A DNA stretch of 64,000 bases from Gemmatimonadales bacterium. Its GTDB lineage: Bacteria > Gemmatimonadota > Gemmatimonadetes > Gemmatimonadales > GWC2-71-9. The stretch's first letter is position 1. Each line of letters begins with the position of its first letter. The position numbers and the translations under genes are program-made. Where the stretch lies: the NCBI GenBank assembly GCA_037189525.1, contig JBBCJC010000005.1, positions 1,125,701 to 1,189,700 on the forward strand. The letters are read 5' to 3'. The notes below the pieces were generated by a model, which saw only the letters and a program-made list of their open reading frames with translations, was not told the origin of the DNA and did not search any database. Positions 59,752 to 64,000 of this stretch are shown here, piece after piece.

Positions 59752-62730
59752 TCAGAACGTGGGACTCAGGGCCATCGTCCAGCGGAACCCGAAACGTCCA
59801 TCGCCCGATGCACCGCCGACGGCCCGATCGGGGTGGGAGACGAACAGGGGGAAATCAAAGCGTGTCACGAAAGTAGTCTCACCCAGGCGATGCGTGAATC
59901 GGACCCCGACCCCGGCATCGCCGGCCAGGCGCCCCGACCCCGAAAACGAGAAGAACCCGTCACTCAGAGCCATGTCGCCGAAAAGCGCCACGCGAGTGTC
60001 CCGGAACAAGGCGGCCTGGGGCCTCGCCAGGATCGACCGATCGAGCTCGAGATTGAGCGCGGCAAGCGCCGTGGCGGAGACGTCCCGCTCGAAGCCCCGC
60101 AGATTACCGCCGCCCGGCGTATGCCAGTGCACGTCGCCCGTCAGCAACGCATCGCGGGAACGGGTAAAGGGGTTGCCCAGCTGCTGATACGGATCGGCGC
60201 CGGCCAGATAGAACCAGCGCTGCCTGACCGGATCGGTCTCACTGGCCAGCACGCCACCGAACACGCGAAGGCCGAGTTCGCTCCGGGCGCCGATCGGCCG
60301 GCGGAAGGCGGCGTCGACGGATAGCCGCGCATACGGCTGGGCGTCGTAGCGGTCATCGGTGACCGTTCCCTGCTCGCGATTCCGATACTCGACGCCCCCG
60401 GCCAGATCGACCCTGCCCCGCAAACCGATGGTGCCGATGCGCCGCTCGGTGCGCCAATGGGTGGCAGCCTCGAAGGTTCCGGCATTCTCGTAGAGGGCCT
60501 GATCGAGGAACGCCATATCGGAGGTGGCGACCCAGCGGGCCGACACGCCGTACCAGTCTCGCAGCCCAAACCCGAGAGGCCCGAGTCGTTCCTTTTCCAG
60601 CATCGCCGAGACTCCTCGGCGCCCTTCGAACGAGAAGACCTCGAACGCCGACGCCAGCCGCGGAGTATAGAGGAAGGTCGGATTCTGGACCCGAAGTTGC
60701 CACTGGTTGAGGGCCTCGCCGCCGGCACAGCACAGCCGGGTGGCCACACTGTGACGGAAGGTGACTTGATTGAATCGGCCCAGATAATTGGATCGCACCT
60801 GGTAGCCGGCCGTCACCCCGCCGGCGTCGTTGTACCAGACTGTCGGGAGCACCCCCGTCGCGCGGCGATCGCGATAGACCGGGGTCGAGACCAGCCGGTC
60901 GATCGAGTACGCAGTCTTGGGGGCACGATACCACCCGAGGAGACCACGCCGCTGCCGGTTGTTGAGCATATTCCAGTCGTGCGTGACCACATCGGGGTCG
61001 AGCATCACTTCGTTAGGCCGCCCCTCGGTTATCAAGGCAACCGTCTCCCGCGTACCGTAGCCTTGGATTCGTGCCGAAGTCCGATCGGTCGGCGTCCGCA
61101 CCACGACTTCGACCGGCAGCACACCGTCCTCGCGACGCTCGACCTGGACCCGCGTAATCCAGCGGCCATCGGTGGTTCGATTAGAGCGAACTTTTCTGAT
61201 GGCGTAGTCGTATCGAACGTTGCCGTGGAGCCACTGGGCAAAGAAGGTCGACAGATCCCGCCCTGACACCTCTTCAGCCACCTGGCGGAACGCGTCTTCA
61301 TCGACGTGCCGAAGCTTCCACCGGTCGTAGTAGGTGCGCAGAATCCGCCCCATGGCCTCCGCTCCGACCAGGGCGTGCAACCGATGGAAGAACAACTCTC
61401 CCCGGGTATAGATCATTGCGTTGTAGGTCGCGAAGTCGCGATACTGATGACTCGGATAGCTCACCGGCTCGGAACGTCCATCGAGATCCAGGCCGAGAAT
61501 CCGCATCTCGGCGGCTTGATAGCGTGAGGAGTCGCCCTGCTCGAGGAAATAGCGGCTCGTCTGGTAACTCGTGAACCCCTCGTCGAGGAACCCTTCGCGC
61601 CATTCGTTGTTGGCGAGAATCCCCATGACGTAATTGTGACCGGCCTCATGCAGGATCAGGCCGAGACTGGAGTTCCCGTTGTGCATCATCATGGGGAACT
61701 CGGTGCCGCCTCCTTCGAGGCGGTGCACGTTGGTCATCTGCGGCCAAGGGTAGGTGCCGAAGGTTCGATCGAGCCACGCCAGCGTGGTCTCGGTGCGCTG
61801 CACCGCCACCCCGCCTCCCCAGGTCGCTTCGTCGCCCGGCTGATAGAGGACATGCACGGCAATCGGCCCGGAGCGACCGCCTTCATAGCGGTAATCCGGA
61901 CGCATCGAGATCGCGAAGTGATGGACCTGCTCGGCTCGCCAGACCACCGTCTTGCGCCCGGGCGCCCGGGAAGCGCACGCGTTCGATGCCAGCGTAGCAA
62001 GCGCTTCGGGATAGTGGTCTCGCTGGTATTCGACTGCGCGCGCGGGGTTACGATTGGCCCGCTCCCATCCGGGGTCGCCACACATCGGCACGCCCGTCGC
62101 ACCTACCACCTGATCTTCGGGGAGATCCAGGGCCACGGTAAAGTCGCCAAACTCGCCGTAGAACTCGCCAGCCGGATAGAGCGGCTGCTCCTGCCAGCCG
62201 TGCTTGTCGTAGACCACGACCTTGGGATACCACTGCGCAAAGTCGAATGCCCGCCCGCGACGGCCCTGCCGCCTGGGCAACGTCGACGGTCGCGCCGTCC
62301 ATTCGAGCTCGGCCACCAGCGAGTCGCCCGGCGGCAGATAGTGCGGCAGCGCAAACCGGACGATCGTGCTATCCGGGGCAAAGGGATAGATCGGCGTGAC
62401 CGGCTGACCCATGATTCGAACATTGCGAACCTGGTTCATCCCGAAATCCGGCTCGCTGAGGTCGCTGAACCGACGACGCTGTTCGGCCAGATCAGCCTGG
62501 GCCCAGCGCGAATTGGGGCGAAACGCATTGAGATGGAGATGGAACGACAGCGTGCTCAGCGTGTCGGGCGATCGGTTCCGATACACCACCCGCTGCGTCC
62601 CGTGCAGCATTCCGGCCGCCTCGTCGAGGGAGGCGTCGATTGCGTAGGAAACGTCCTGCTGCCAATACTGCGGCGAAACGGAAGGTGCGGTCGAAGCAAT
62701 CTGCAACGCGAGCGCGAGTAGCAACGACAT
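59752..62730 (-). CDS. M1-family zinc aminopeptidase fused to a C-terminal Omp85-like beta-barrel
   Basis: YWQQ, AQWYPK, GGTEFP, HEAGH-18x-E (FLDEG), YTRG; C-terminal NLRGF, LFGD, AGVGVR, RFDF, terminal Phe. Confidence 0.85.
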   Translation of the reverse strand: MSLLLALALQIASTAPSVSPQYWQQDVSYAIDASLDEAAGMLHGTQRVVYRNRSPDTLSTLSFHLHLNAFRPNSRWAQADLAEQRRRFSDLSEPDFGMNQVRNVRIMGQPVTPIYPFAPDSTIVRFALPHYLPPGDSLVAELEWTARPSTLPRRQGRRGRAFDFAQWYPKVVVYDKHGWQEQPLYPAGEFYGEFGDFTVALDLPEDQVVGATGVPMCGDPGWERANRNPARAVEYQRDHYPEALATLASNACASRAPGRKTVVWRAEQVHHFAISMRPDYRYEGGRSGPIAVHVLYQPGDEATWGGGVAVQRTETTLAWLDRTFGTYPWPQMTNVHRLEGGGTEFPMMMHNGNSSLGLILHEAGHNYVMGILANNEWREGFLDEGFTSYQTSRYFLEQGDSSRYQAAEMRILGLDLDGRSEPVSYPSHQYRDFATYNAMIYTRGELFFHRLHALVGAEAMGRILRTYYDRWKLRHVDEDAFRQVAEEVSGRDLSTFFAQWLHGNVRYDYAIRKVRSNRTTDGRWITRVQVERREDGVLPVEVVVRTPTDRTSARIQGYGTRETVALITEGRPNEVMLDPDVVTHDWNMLNNRQRRGLLGWYRAPKTAYSIDRLVSTPVYRDRRATGVLPTVWYNDAGGVTAGYQVRSNYLGRFNQVTFRHSVATRLCCAGGEALNQWQLRVQNPTFLYTPRLASAFEVFSFEGRRGVSAMLEKERLGPLGFGLRDWYGVSARWVATSDMAFLDQALYENAGTFEAATHWRTERRIGTIGLRGRVDLAGGVEYRNREQGTVTDDRYDAQPYARLSVDAAFRRPIGARSELGLRVFGGVLASETDPVRQRWFYLAGADPYQQLGNPFTRSRDALLTGDVHWHTPGGGNLRGFERDVSATALAALNLELDRSILARPQAALFRDTRVALFGDMALSDGFFSFSGSGRLAGDAGVGVRFTHRLGETTFVTRFDFPLFVSHPDRAVGGASGDGRFGFRWTMALSPTF

Positions 62731-62925
62731 CGGCAAACGGGGCTCAGGCGACGAGGCGCGACAACAGGAGGTGGGTCACGATGCAGACCCAAACCCTGAA
62801 AGCTAGCGGCTTCCCGAAGCCACCTCCAGCGGAGTCAGCCTGCGCCAACCCCGAAGCCCGTAAGTGCCCGTACCCGCATGAGTTACTCTTCCGCTCGCGC
62901 CCGACCCTGCCCGATGCGCCGTGTG

Positions 62926-62941
62926 TGTGATCCAGCTCACC
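62926..62941. promoter_or_regulatory. Second CRP/FNR-family-like binding site
   Basis: TGTGA-TCCAGC-TCACC in a divergent intergenic region. Confidence 0.4.
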
Positions 62942-63110
62942 GCACGGCCTCGCCCGCTGAACTATGGTGGACTAACGCGATGAGCTGGCGGAAGCAGAGA
63001 CCGTGCTCACGAGGAAACCGGCCCGGCGCGAGACCGATCCGATTGGTCGCAATGCCTGGATTCATCGTACAACCGGCTCAGAGGGCAGAGCCGACTCGAC
63101 GGAGGACGCC

Positions 63111-63674
63111 ATGGCCGTCCGATTGTTCGTTTTCCTCGGTACGCTTGGCGCGTGGACCGGAGTTGCCAGTGCGCAAAGCCCCATGACGCTCTACGCAGGT
63201 GCCGCCCTCGGATTCGGCAGCCAGCAATATCGCTTTCCGGTCGAGACCAGCCCGCCGACCCGTAGCCACGCAACGTCCAGTACCTCGAACGTGTTGGCTG
63301 CCGGCGCGATCGGCGTGGGCATCGGAGGACACCTGGCTGTCGATGCAACTTTGCGATCGACCCTCGAAGCCGGCCATCCGTTCCGAACAGTCAGCGTGGG
63401 ACCAACGATCAGCTGGGGATCAGAGCGGCGCGTCTCCATTCGCGCCGGATTGGGATGGATCCAGGGATCAGAGGCCGTCATGTGCCTCGATCCCCAAATC
63501 TCGTGCCGCGGTTACATCAGCGAGTGGGTGAGAGGATTTGACGTGAGCATCGGCGTCGACCTCCAACGAGGGTCACGATGGGCCGTAGGCCCGTCCGTCT
63601 GGTGGGCACAGAGCACCGGGAGCGACAGCCAGTATCGCTCCCTTGGCCTGGCCCTTCAGGTCCGGTTCCAGTAA
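63111..63674 (+). CDS. Hypothetical exported protein, probable small beta-barrel
   Basis: GGAGG RBS; signal peptide ending ASA; amphipathic strands; ends LGLALQVRFQ. Confidence 0.65.
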   Translation: MAVRLFVFLGTLGAWTGVASAQSPMTLYAGAALGFGSQQYRFPVETSPPTRSHATSSTSNVLAAGAIGVGIGGHLAVDATLRSTLEAGHPFRTVSVGPTISWGSERRVSIRAGLGWIQGSEAVMCLDPQISCRGYISEWVRGFDVSIGVDLQRGSRWAVGPSVWWAQSTGSDSQYRSLGLALQVRFQ

Positions 63675-63723
63675 ACGGCGTCTCGACCGGAGACGCCCCC
63701 GAGGCCCGCATCCACTCGACGAC

Positions 63724-64000
63724 TCACCAGCTGAGCGCGCTGCCGTGCTGGTACTCCACGACGCGGGTCTCGAAGAAGTTCTTCTCCTTCTTCAGATCCA
63801 TCGCTTCCGACATCCACGGGAACGGATTCGCGGCCTCCGCAAACACTGGAGACAATCCCAACTGCGCGCACCTGCGGTTCGCGATGAAGTGCATGTACTG
63901 TTCGCATAGCGCCGCATTCAGCCCAAGAAAGCCACGAGGCATCGTATCCCTGCCATACGCCGCTTCCAACTCCGCAGCATCGCGGAGCATCCCGCGCACT
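63724..64000 (-). CDS. nrdB: Class I ribonucleotide reductase beta subunit, C-terminal part (gene begins outside window)
   Basis: [36 protein letters not shown]. Confidence 0.9.
   Translation of the reverse strand, partial: VRGMLRDAAELEAAYGRDTMPRGFLGLNAALCEQYMHFIANRRCAQLGLSPVFAEAANPFPWMSEAMDLKKEKNFFETRVVEYQHGSALSW

Noticed and set aside
1..64000. CRISPR arrays, tRNA/rRNA genes, IS elements, integrases, prophage or defence genes
   Set aside because: None recognised; the CPBP ('Abi') and TerB/TerC genes alone do not support an anti-phage call.

Overview
GC-rich, gene-dense bacterial chromosome segment with about 57 CDS. Gene content (PadR+ADOP permease pairs, ECF43-type sigma with Ser/Thr kinase, DUF2911, DUF5916) suggests Gemmatimonadota or a similar lineage; this is inference, not a database result. 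No rRNA, tRNA, CRISPR array, transposase or integrase was recognised. Core and metabolic genes include mrp/nfu, nrnA, guaB, gpmI, a PTPS-mobA-mobB-moeA cluster, hutCIHU, gcdH-etfBA-nadC-ETF:QO, an NAD-type isocitrate dehydrogenase and a partial nrdB, plus many envelope peptidases. The clearest non-coding element is a complete yybP-ykoY (Mn2+) riboswitch, with promoter and overlapping terminator, upstream of an htpX-terC operon. The best candidates for undescribed biology are: (i) an M1 aminopeptidase fused to an Omp85/TamA-like barrel, co-operonic with an S9 peptidase; (ii) a PadR/HAAS-like ADOP permease/CPBP protease operon; (iii) a cysteine-free Mrp/ApbC next to a stand-alone Nfu domain; (iv) a PTPS homologue with a non-canonical active site coupled to Moco genes; (v) a 29-bp CGTAAG-N17-GT(T/A)AC motif plus a CRP-like box, found in two intergenic regions ahead of envelope genes. 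All calls come from reading motifs by eye; start codons are best estimates.
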